From: an uncultured virus (IMG/VR IMGVR_UViG_3300035698_002590)
Lineage: Duplodnaviria > Heunggongvirae > Uroviricota > Caudoviricetes
Strand: one strand, 5' to 3'
Virus record (IMG/VR): IMGVR_UViG_3300035698_002590
Length of the DNA stretch: 20,000 nucleotides
Positions 1 to 7,124 of this stretch are shown here, one piece after another (the first letter of the stretch is position 1; every line of letters begins with the position of its first letter). The translations under genes and the position numbers were made by a program. Under the pieces are notes generated by a model that worked only from the letters and a program-made list of their open reading frames with translations, was not told where the DNA came from and did not search any database.

Positions 1-226
1 TTGCTTGAATAGGTATATTATAGGGCTCCGTTGCGAGACAAGGCTAGAGTAGGGTGTAAAGCGTAACCGCATCCGTTGTAGTATAAACCGTGCATTAAAA
101 ATTGTTAATGTAGTGTTTATTTTATGAATCTCTTTATTCAAGTGACTGTTACGACTCAGATGATGACGTTCAGTTGTACTTGCCCTGTGTAAGGGCAAGT
201 ATGACCAAATAATCTAGATGATAACG
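1..226 (+). ncRNA. Putative structured non-coding RNA (probably the 3' part; 5' end may lie outside the window)
   Basis: No ORF of 60 aa or more. Helices: 1-11 with 135-145 (11 bp, two G-U), 91-98 with 105-112, and 173-186 with 192-205 (perfect 10-bp core TACTTGCCCT/AGGGCAAGTA plus G-U extension). The wobble pairs are G-U only on the + strand. Family not recognised. Confidence 0.4.
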
Positions 227-331
227 AAACACTCGTTACACTCGTGCTTATATATTACTACTATAAAAATGTTATAATAAAAGTATTATTAAGAGCGTTA
301 GCGAATTAATAAGTCTTGCGAAGTAAGACTT
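227..331. other. Cluster of ssDNA-type mini-hairpins (GNA/GTTA loops, tandem G-A mismatches) flanking an AT-rich tract; possible origin or primase site
   Basis: - strand 246..230: CAC-GA-GT-GTA-AC-GA-GTG. + strand 286-312: TTATTAA-GA-GC-GTTA-GC-GA-A-TTAATAA. + strand 311-331: AAGTCTTGC-GAA-GTAAGACTT. The intervening 248-292 is almost purely A/T. Confidence 0.35.
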
Positions 332-383
332 CCATAGTGTAACACTAAGATACTTAAATAATTAGATATATGAATAGTTCTCT

Positions 384-707
384 TTAATATTGATCTGGAA
401 AATCTCTATAGAGAAAATGTTGGATAGTTTCCACGTCAACTAACTGATTAAACGCATGATGTTTAATTTCGATATCGTTGCTGTCAGTTACTACGTGCTT
501 CATTGCGTCATCTAGATCTTGCATGTTTTTAAATTCCATGTCAATGCGGAACTCTGGTAAGTCCATGCTGCGGAACCCTAGTTTCATTCTAGTAATGCGA
601 TAGCTGTGCAGTGTGGGTAATGCATCAAGAAATGCACTCATTTTTGTTACAAAGTCATGTGCGTTAACGCCTTCGTTTACGTCTGAGTAGATAGTATAAA
701 TGTCCAT
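384..707 (-). CDS. DUF6614-like protein (probable dimeric alpha+beta barrel/ferredoxin-like fold), 107 aa
   Basis: ATG with AAGGA RBS. Motifs YRITRMKLGF, EF.I.MEF..M.DLD.A and C-terminal LYRDFPD resemble DUF6614 as recalled. Confidence 0.6.
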   Translation of the reverse strand: MDIYTIYSDVNEGVNAHDFVTKMSAFLDALPTLHSYRITRMKLGFRSMDLPEFRIDMEFKNMQDLDDAMKHVVTDSNDIEIKHHAFNQLVDVETIQHFLYRDFPDQY

Positions 708-709
708 GT

Positions 710-1138
710 TTATGTCCTTGGTCCTAAAATTTCAAATCCATTGATTTGTTTCTTATATTCATTGGCTTCACCTAAGTAAAGATATTCAAATCCTAAACGT
801 TTGTAGAGTGCGCACTCACTGCGTAAACTTGCAATTCCTAACTTTAATTTAGGATTTTTGTAATCCCAAGCAAATTGCACCGCCTCTACGTTTTTACTGT
901 TGTATCGTCGCATCAATGAAAATGCAACCAACGTATCTTCGTTGTAGTATCCAATAACATCGTTGCGAAGTTCGTGATACTCCTCAGGAAATATTGGTTC
1001 AACACTACTAAATTTTTTGTACACACAGTACGAATTAAATAGTTCCTCGAGTTCATCTTGGTTGGGATCTGTTATAATTTTACAATTAGGTAATTCAGTG
1101 TAGTCTGTCTCGTATAGTTTAATTCTTGCGTATAACAC
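710..1138 (-). CDS. Single-domain GNAT-fold protein resembling the C-terminal domain of Arg/Leu aminoacyl-tRNA-protein transferases (ATE_C/Bpt), 142 aa
   Basis: GTG start with GAGGA RBS. Segment GYY...LVAFSL...AWDYKNPKLKLGIASLRSEC.LYK.LGFEYLYLG...EYK matches the ATE_C pattern D....LSLG..S.L.EI......G..Y.YLG....YK. Confidence 0.65.
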   Translation of the reverse strand: MLYARIKLYETDYTELPNCKIITDPNQDELEELFNSYCVYKKFSSVEPIFPEEYHELRNDVIGYYNEDTLVAFSLMRRYNSKNVEAVQFAWDYKNPKLKLGIASLRSECALYKRLGFEYLYLGEANEYKKQINGFEILGPRT

Positions 1139-1634
1139 GTGGATCCTCTCTATTTGTGAATAACCCTTGCAGGTATTCCTCGTCCCAGCCTGTGTAAAAG
1201 CCTCTTTTACCTAGTATTTTTGCATGACTGTGTAATTTACTAAGACTTTGTACTAAAGCTAGTGCATACTTGCCTTGGTTAAAATGCACACCATTGACTA
1301 CTTCGGAAATCCCTGGATGGTCAGACAGTGCTAACATATCAATGGGTACCAGTGTTTCTTCGTTAGCAATGTCAATTGTATTTTCAAATTCTTCAGGATC
1401 GTAATCGCCGGGATTGTAAACATAGATGTAAACATCTTGGTCTCTCATTCCTTCGCTGGCTGCATTTATTAAGTCTGCACTAAGTGATGTACCAATGCGC
1501 ACACTATATTTGTTATCAAGTCTGGCTTTCCTTGCATACGGACAAGGTGCCCAGTTGCCAAGCGCAGGGTGAGGAATTTCAACAAAGTTAATCAACCATG
1601 CTTCGATATCAGCTTTTACTTCATCAATTACCAA
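1119..1634 (-). CDS. DUF1415/DUF6875-like protein with PCP(Y/F)A and HP motifs, 171 aa
   Basis: TTG start overlapping the upstream stop, AGGAAG RBS. WL..FVE.P...LG..APCPYA and later DHP resemble the DUF1415 W...V....CPFA ... HP pattern. Confidence 0.55.
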   Translation of the reverse strand: MVIDEVKADIEAWLINFVEIPHPALGNWAPCPYARKARLDNKYSVRIGTSLSADLINAASEGMRDQDVYIYVYNPGDYDPEEFENTIDIANEETLVPIDMLALSDHPGISEVVNGVHFNQGKYALALVQSLSKLHSHAKILGKRGFYTGWDEEYLQGLFTNREDPRVIRKN

Positions 1635-1804
1635 AAGTCTCTTCCTGTTTTCTTTGCAGTCTCTAAATTACCTTTAATAATGCTGCCTAGAATTTCGCGT
1701 TCAGGGCCGCTCATTTGTGTGATTTCAGAATAACTAACTCCGCCGCGCATAAACCAGCAAATCTTCATCATATCCTCTTTTAGGCCCTTAACTTCTTTTT
1801 CCAT
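1628..1804 (-). CDS. Small baseplate-hub/tail assembly protein (gp51-like position), 58 aa, MEKEVKGLKEDMMKICWFMRGGVSYSEITQMSGPEREILGSIIKGNLETAKKTGRDFW; probably also made as a -1 frameshift extension of the upstream gene
   Basis: Translated by hand because it is below the ORF-track cut-off. The frame stays open upstream to the slippery site at 1864-1858. The W...GG.SY.E...M...ER motif is reminiscent of tail-chaperone second-ORF (GT-like) domains. Confidence 0.75.
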   Translation of the reverse strand: MEKEVKGLKEDMMKICWFMRGGVSYSEITQMSGPEREILGSIIKGNLETAKKTGRDFW

Positions 1805-1842
1805 TTTCTCGATGATTATTTCTATCTCACCGGGTGAGGATG

Positions 1843-2688
1843 TTAAGAGCCTGATTCGAAAAAATTTGCGACATTCATAGTAAACGGAGTCTCGTACTCG
1901 TGCTTACAATCATTGCAAGTAATCTTCAAAGGATCAATTGCACCTATCTTCTTGATATCCTCAATCTTCTTGCGTACTTTTGAAAAAACTTTAGCTTCGC
2001 AGTTTTTAATGTACTCTGTGATGTGCACTTTGTCTACCACAATATCATCACCTGCTTTAATCATACTAATACTGTCGCTGATTGCATTTACTGTAAGCTC
2101 ACTAAGACTTTGGAATGCTTCAGTGAGCAATCTAAGTTTTTCAGCTTCGTCGATATCAGCATCAGGTAATGCTTCCAGCATTTTTTGATCTTGGAACTGT
2201 AACATGTTGTTACTGTTTTGCTCTTTGTAATTTAACGGTTTAAAGTGTATTTCAATATCGCCTGCTGAAACTGGTGTTGAAAAATCTGGAGTTTTGATAC
2301 GGTCCATGATATTTCTCAAGTCAATCCCAAACTCATTGGTCTCGCTGCATTTTGGGCATTTACTAGTAAATTCCATTTCGTGGCCGTAACTAGCAATACG
2401 TATAGCAATTAACAAAGTGTCAAGATCCAGTGTGCTAACTTTCCATGCATCCTTAAATGCAGGAATGCAACTTTTAACCACACTAGCAATAGCAGCGCCA
2501 TTAAACAATGCGTCAGCAGTTCTGTATGAAATTTCATCAAGTGCCGTCATTGGGTAAATTGGAATCTCCCCATTTTCAGGCATTTCCACAATGTCTTCAT
2601 CGTAAAACGCTCCGTCGCTTGGCAATTTAATATAAATTGCGGGCTGTCTGAAGTGTTTTGCAAGCGGATTTGGGTTGTTGTTTAACAT
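1843..2688 (-). CDS. T4-like baseplate hub assembly protein/tail chaperone (gp26/gp51 family), 281 aa
   Basis: IYIKLPS.G.FY, PMTA.DE, D.D.LLIAIRIASYG, two CxxC pairs (CPKC, CNDC) and C-terminal NFF. Start moved from 2745 to ATG 2688 (MLNNNPNPL), which has an AGGA RBS and lies downstream of a late-promoter-like box. Confidence 0.75.
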   Translation of the reverse strand: MLNNNPNPLAKHFRQPAIYIKLPSDGAFYDEDIVEMPENGEIPIYPMTALDEISYRTADALFNGAAIASVVKSCIPAFKDAWKVSTLDLDTLLIAIRIASYGHEMEFTSKCPKCSETNEFGIDLRNIMDRIKTPDFSTPVSAGDIEIHFKPLNYKEQNSNNMLQFQDQKMLEALPDADIDEAEKLRLLTEAFQSLSELTVNAISDSISMIKAGDDIVVDKVHITEYIKNCEAKVFSKVRKKIEDIKKIGAIDPLKITCNDCKHEYETPFTMNVANFFESGS

Positions 2689-2700
2689 GTTTTTTCCTGC

Positions 2701-2727
2701 CATAAATATATGATAACTGTACTTATA
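2701..2727. promoter_or_regulatory. Paired T4-late-like promoter boxes for divergent genes: CATAAATA (+, 2701-2708) and TATAAGTA (-, 2727-2720)
   Basis: Resemble the gp55-type consensus TATAAATA. They lie in the 64-bp gap between the chaperone and tape-measure genes. Confidence 0.6.
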
Positions 2728-2752
2728 CAGCGGAAAAGCGGGCAAAAATTTA

Positions 2753-5002
2753 ATGGCTGAACTAGATGACCAAGAACTGCGTAGACTTAACGACGAAATA
2801 ACTCGATTACAACAATCAATGTTGCAACTTGCTAACAGTCAGCAAGTTGGAAGTACCCAGTGGAATAAAATTCAATCTCAACTCGGTGCGGTTCAAACCA
2901 AGTACAAAGGAATTATAGCTGCTCAAAACTCATTTGCCAATTCAGTTGGTAAAGGTACCGTAGCTGTAGGTAAAATGGCAGTTGGTGCTGTTAAAGTTGG
3001 TGAGTCTTTTGCAAAGGCAGCTAATGCAGTTAGAGAAAGCAGAGAAGATTTTACTAGTTTAAACCCGTCGATAAACTTAGCTGGGTCAGCATTAAAAATA
3101 ACAGGAAAGATGGCCGGAGTAGCTGCTGACGCACTTGGTGGTATTGCTAGCGGTATTCCTATTGTTGGTGGTGTAATTGGCGGTGCAGTTAGTGCAGTAG
3201 GCAAATTTGCTGCGGGCGTGTCAGAAGCACTAGCTGACATTCTTGTTATGGTAGGTCCGCTGCTAACAGCCGAAGTACAACGTGCAAGCGAAGCATTCCG
3301 TGCAGTAGGGCAAGTTGGCGGATTGACTGCTGGCGGCTTAACTGAGCTAATGAATCAAAGCATTGATGCTGGACTTAGTTTTACACAGTTTAGTGCCTTA
3401 GCTTCTAAGGGTGCTGAAGGTCTTGCGTTTGCATTTGGTGATGCAAGCCAAGGTATTGAAAGATTTTCCCGAGTCTCAGCAGACATGGAACCATTTCGTC
3501 AAGGTTTGCTATCCTTAGGTGTGGGCTTTGAAAAGCAAAACGAACTAACATCAAAATACTTGTTGCTACAAGCAAGAACCGGCAGAGTTGAAACAATGTC
3601 AGCAAAGGCACTTGCACAAGGCAGTGAAGAATACATCCGTAAACTGTCCACACTTTCTAGGATAACTGGTACAAGCATTGACGATCAACAAGCTATAATG
3701 GATGCACAAACACGCAACATACGTCTAATGGGCGCTGCTGCTGATATTCAAGAGAGATTAGGTGGCGATGCAGGCAGACAAGCTGCACTGGCTATGCAAA
3801 CCACATCAGCAACTATTGAAAAAGTTGCAAGTAAAGAAATTGCTGATGGATTGCGTGATGCAATGGCAGGAAACTTTGGTACTGAGGCAGCGCAAGGATT
3901 TGTTCTTGCAGCTGGGCAAGAAGGTGTTGCTGCGGTTGCTGCACTTCGTGCAGGTACTATAAGTGATCTTGATGCAACATCACTAATCATGCAAGGTATT
4001 AACAATAGATTTGATTCGCTAGGAGGATCAGCCGGCATTGCTAGACTAGTTGGACTTGGCACACCAATGGATGCAGTGTTTGAAGGTATGTTTAATGTGG
4101 CCCAACGTGCTAATTTAACTGCTGACGAGCTAAGATTGCTAGAAACATCGCAAGATAGTTTAACAACAGCAACGGATGGCACAACTGCTGATATGATTTC
4201 TGCACAAGTTGCTTTACAACAAGCAGCTATAGCAGCTGATAAAATGTCTGCAGAGCTTATGGGCCCGGCTGCCTCAGCAGTTAAAGAATTTTCTCAAGTT
4301 GTACAAAGAACAAACGAAGAAATTCTTAAAGTAATTACAACATTCAGCAATGAAGGAATATCTGGATTAAAAACACAAATTCTCAATGATATTATGCCAG
4401 ATGTTACATCTGGAATTGTAGATTTTACAGGTATGAGTCCAGCGGAAAGAGCCGCAGCACAACAACAAATTCAAGAACGACTTGACAACGCCCAAGACAG
4501 ACGGGCGGAGATTTGGAACAGCATCAAAAGCATGTTTGGCATTGACGGCAGAGCTGCAGGAGGCCCAGTTGATTCTAACGAAACCTATATCGTTGGGGAA
4601 AATGGTCCAGAAATGTTTCAGCCCAAGTCTTCTGGCACAATAATACCAAATCAAAATTTATCAAGTAGCAGCTCGGCTACTCCTGACTATGGTGCCATCA
4701 ACTCAGACTTAGCTAAAATTCTTCAGTCAAGTAGAGATGGCATCGGGTCGTTAACAGGTACAACCACTACTACTGCATCAATAGCTGGTCCAGGTGGCAC
4801 ATTGCGCACTGAGGAGTTTTCTACTGCATTTGCTGAAAATCTTGATGTAGCAAATGCACAGTTAGCAAACTCTAAAGCAGATACTCTAATAAGAAAAGAA
4901 ATATCTGATCTAACTATTGAAAAACTAACTGAACTTGTAACTGCAATGGATCGTGCTAATAGTACCAGTGAGAAGATACTAAGGCAGACCAGGCAAGGGT
5001 GA
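2753..5002 (+). CDS. Tail tape measure-like protein, 749 aa
   Basis: Long Ala/Gly-rich, helix-prone sequence with a hydrophobic GIPIVGGVIGGAV segment. C-terminal RAAGGPV....YIVGENGPEMF.P..SG.IIPN motif typical of tape measure proteins. Adjacent to a tail chaperone. Confidence 0.75.
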   Translation: MAELDDQELRRLNDEITRLQQSMLQLANSQQVGSTQWNKIQSQLGAVQTKYKGIIAAQNSFANSVGKGTVAVGKMAVGAVKVGESFAKAANAVRESREDFTSLNPSINLAGSALKITGKMAGVAADALGGIASGIPIVGGVIGGAVSAVGKFAAGVSEALADILVMVGPLLTAEVQRASEAFRAVGQVGGLTAGGLTELMNQSIDAGLSFTQFSALASKGAEGLAFAFGDASQGIERFSRVSADMEPFRQGLLSLGVGFEKQNELTSKYLLLQARTGRVETMSAKALAQGSEEYIRKLSTLSRITGTSIDDQQAIMDAQTRNIRLMGAAADIQERLGGDAGRQAALAMQTTSATIEKVASKEIADGLRDAMAGNFGTEAAQGFVLAAGQEGVAAVAALRAGTISDLDATSLIMQGINNRFDSLGGSAGIARLVGLGTPMDAVFEGMFNVAQRANLTADELRLLETSQDSLTTATDGTTADMISAQVALQQAAIAADKMSAELMGPAASAVKEFSQVVQRTNEEILKVITTFSNEGISGLKTQILNDIMPDVTSGIVDFTGMSPAERAAAQQQIQERLDNAQDRRAEIWNSIKSMFGIDGRAAGGPVDSNETYIVGENGPEMFQPKSSGTIIPNQNLSSSSSATPDYGAINSDLAKILQSSRDGIGSLTGTTTTTASIAGPGGTLRTEEFSTAFAENLDVANAQLANSKADTLIRKEISDLTIEKLTELVTAMDRANSTSEKILRQTRQG

Positions 5003-5008
5003 TAAATA
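5001..5008 (+). promoter_or_regulatory. T4-late-like promoter box GATAAATA
   Basis: TAAATA core 35 nt upstream of the portal ATG, overlapping the tape measure stop. Confidence 0.55.
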
Positions 5009-5043
5009 CTTGTATCACAATGTGCATATTGGAAAAATAATAC

Positions 5044-6771
5044 ATGGCCGGATGGAAAAAATACTTTAAAGTAGTAGGCAACGAAGGTGGGCAACTTTCG
5101 CCTATTAGCGGAAGGTCTAATCAAGGATCAACAGGTCAAGGCGGCCAATTTGGTTTTAAGAATTATCAAAGTCACTTACCTGAGGTGTATTCGGGGCACC
5201 CAAACAGAATTGAACGCTACAATCAGTATGAAAATATGGATTGCGACAGTGAGATTAATGCGTGTTTAGATATTATTGCTGAGTTTGCAACACAAACTAA
5301 TGAAAGCAACAATACACCATTTGAGGTTGAGTATGAAGATACTCCTACAAATAACGAAATTGAGATTATTAGAAAACAACTACAACAGTGGACTAAACTT
5401 AACCAGTTTGATCAACGCATATTCCGTGTTTTCCGTAACACACTAAAGTATGGTGATCAAGTTTTTGTTAGAGACCCCGAAACATTTGAACTATACTGGG
5501 TTGACATGACCAAGGTAGTAAGAGTTATTGTTAATGAAAATGAGGGCAAGCGCCCAGAGCAATATGTTATCCGTGACATTAATCCAAACTTTCAAAATTT
5601 AAGTATTGCTCCTAAGCAAACTACAGACTACGGATCAAATCCTAATTCAGGATCAATCGGCGGCGGCAGCTCTGGAGGCGGCAACGGCCCAGGCGGAAAC
5701 TATACCCAGCCAATATCAGGCGGACGCAGTAGATTTGAGCATACTGTAAATGAAACAGTAATTGATGCTAAAAATGTAGTACATCTTGGCCTTAGTGAAG
5801 GGCTAGACTTCTATTGGCCGTTTAGTCAAAGTATACTTGAAATGATTTTCAAAGTGTTTAAGCAAAAAGAACTGCTTGAAGACTCGATTTTAATCTATCG
5901 TGTACAACGTGCGCCAGAACGCAGAGTATTCTACATTGATGTAGGCAACATGCCATCACACCTTGCTATGCAATTTGTTGAGCGTGTTAAAAACGAAGTG
6001 CATCAAAGGCGTATTCCAAATCAAACTGGTGGACAAGCTGGGACCACAATGGATACCACATACAATCCACTGTCAATCAACGAAGATTACTTTTTCCCAC
6101 AAACTGCTGAAGGACGAGGTTCAAAAGTTGAAACACTGCCAGGCGGTGAAAATCTTGGCCAAATCGACGATTTAAAATACTTTAACAACAAGATGTGCAG
6201 AGGACTGCGTGTTCCTAGCAGTTACTTGCCTACTGGACCAGACGACAGTGATCGTCCAATGAACGACGGTCGTGTTGGCACAGCACTTATACAAGAGCAC
6301 AGATTTAATCAGTATTGTGAAAGATTACAAAAACAAATTAGTCAGAAACTTGATGATGAATTTAAAATGTTTTTGCGCTGGAGAGGTTTTAACATTGACA
6401 GTGGCCTGTTTAATATCTCGTTTGCACCACCGCAGAATTTTGCTAGTTATCGCCAAGCTGAACTTGATACAACTCGTATGCAAGCGTTTACTACTTTAGA
6501 ACAAATACCTTATATGAGTAAGCGTTTTCTTATGAAACGCTACTTAGGACTCACTGATGATGAGATGCAAGAAAACTCAAAATTATGGAGTGAAGAAACC
6601 GGGCAACCAAGTGAACTTGAGCCAATGGGCAAAGATCTACGCACAGTTGGTGTTAGTCCTGCTGATTTTGATGCAGACATTGAAACAGGTGGTGATATAG
6701 AAGCAGGCGGTGAGGAAATTGATGTTGACATTGACGCCGGTGCTGTTGCTGCAGAAACGCCTCTGGCATAA
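5044..6771 (+). CDS. gp20: Portal vertex protein (T4 gp20-like), 575 aa
   Basis: LLEDSILIYRVQRAPERRVFYIDVGNMP, EDYFFP...EGRGSKVETLPGG.NLG.IDD.KYF..K...LRVP.S are T4 gp20 hallmark motifs. Acidic C-tail. Position upstream of protease, scaffold and capsid. Confidence 0.95.
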   Translation: MAGWKKYFKVVGNEGGQLSPISGRSNQGSTGQGGQFGFKNYQSHLPEVYSGHPNRIERYNQYENMDCDSEINACLDIIAEFATQTNESNNTPFEVEYEDTPTNNEIEIIRKQLQQWTKLNQFDQRIFRVFRNTLKYGDQVFVRDPETFELYWVDMTKVVRVIVNENEGKRPEQYVIRDINPNFQNLSIAPKQTTDYGSNPNSGSIGGGSSGGGNGPGGNYTQPISGGRSRFEHTVNETVIDAKNVVHLGLSEGLDFYWPFSQSILEMIFKVFKQKELLEDSILIYRVQRAPERRVFYIDVGNMPSHLAMQFVERVKNEVHQRRIPNQTGGQAGTTMDTTYNPLSINEDYFFPQTAEGRGSKVETLPGGENLGQIDDLKYFNNKMCRGLRVPSSYLPTGPDDSDRPMNDGRVGTALIQEHRFNQYCERLQKQISQKLDDEFKMFLRWRGFNIDSGLFNISFAPPQNFASYRQAELDTTRMQAFTTLEQIPYMSKRFLMKRYLGLTDDEMQENSKLWSEETGQPSELEPMGKDLRTVGVSPADFDADIETGGDIEAGGEEIDVDIDAGAVAAETPLA

Positions 6772-6774
6772 ATA
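6767..6774 (+). promoter_or_regulatory. T4-late-like promoter box CATAAATA (probably gives a leaderless mRNA)
   Basis: Overlaps the portal stop. ATG 6780 follows after 5 nt with no SD. Confidence 0.55.
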
Positions 6775-6779
6775 TTATT

Positions 6780-6995
6780 ATGAAACTATTTGAATTTTTT
6801 GAAGCAGCACCTGAAGGTTACCAAGATGTAGAAGACGACAATTCTACCCCTCGGCTTGGAGAACTGCGTAAAACCAAACTAACTCTTAAGCAGATTTCTA
6901 AGCTGCGTAAAATGTACGACATGCGAAATTATGAAAAACAAGAAGAGCTGAAAAAGATTCAAGCACAGTTTGCACCGCCACCTGCGCAAATGTAA
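6780..6995 (+). CDS. Small head-module protein (basic RKTKLTLKQISKLRKM motif), 71 aa
   Basis: Clean ORF between the portal and the core protein, where small prohead genes sit in T4-like phages. Confidence 0.7.
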   Translation: MKLFEFFEAAPEGYQDVEDDNSTPRLGELRKTKLTLKQISKLRKMYDMRNYEKQEELKKIQAQFAPPPAQM

Positions 6996-7084
6996 GACTT
7001 TAATAGAGATTTTTTCTTTAGTCCTATTAAGTCATCGTTTTCTACCCATTTTACCCCTATAACTACATAGTTTTTAACATCTAT

Positions 7085-7092
7085 GTTAAATA
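7085..7092 (+). promoter_or_regulatory. T4-late-like promoter box GTTAAATA
   Basis: TAAATA core upstream of the GGAGG RBS (7113-7117) and ATG 7125. Confidence 0.5.
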
Positions 7093-7124
7093 TTACACTG
7101 AGCCCATACTTTGGAGGAACCAAT

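Noticed and set aside
155..230. Hammerhead ribozyme suggested by GATGA...GAAAC
   Set aside because: The required CUGANGA core is absent (the sequence reads CAGATGA and TAGATGA) and the three-stem geometry cannot be built.
2689..2745. ORF-track N-terminal extension of the chaperone (MPAFPLYKY...)
   Set aside because: It runs across the promoter region. ATG 2688 has the RBS and begins the conserved-looking NPL..HFRQP segment.
7083..7124. ORF-track start at 7083
   Set aside because: It overlaps the TAAATA box and lacks an RBS. ATG 7125 has GGAGG at proper spacing.
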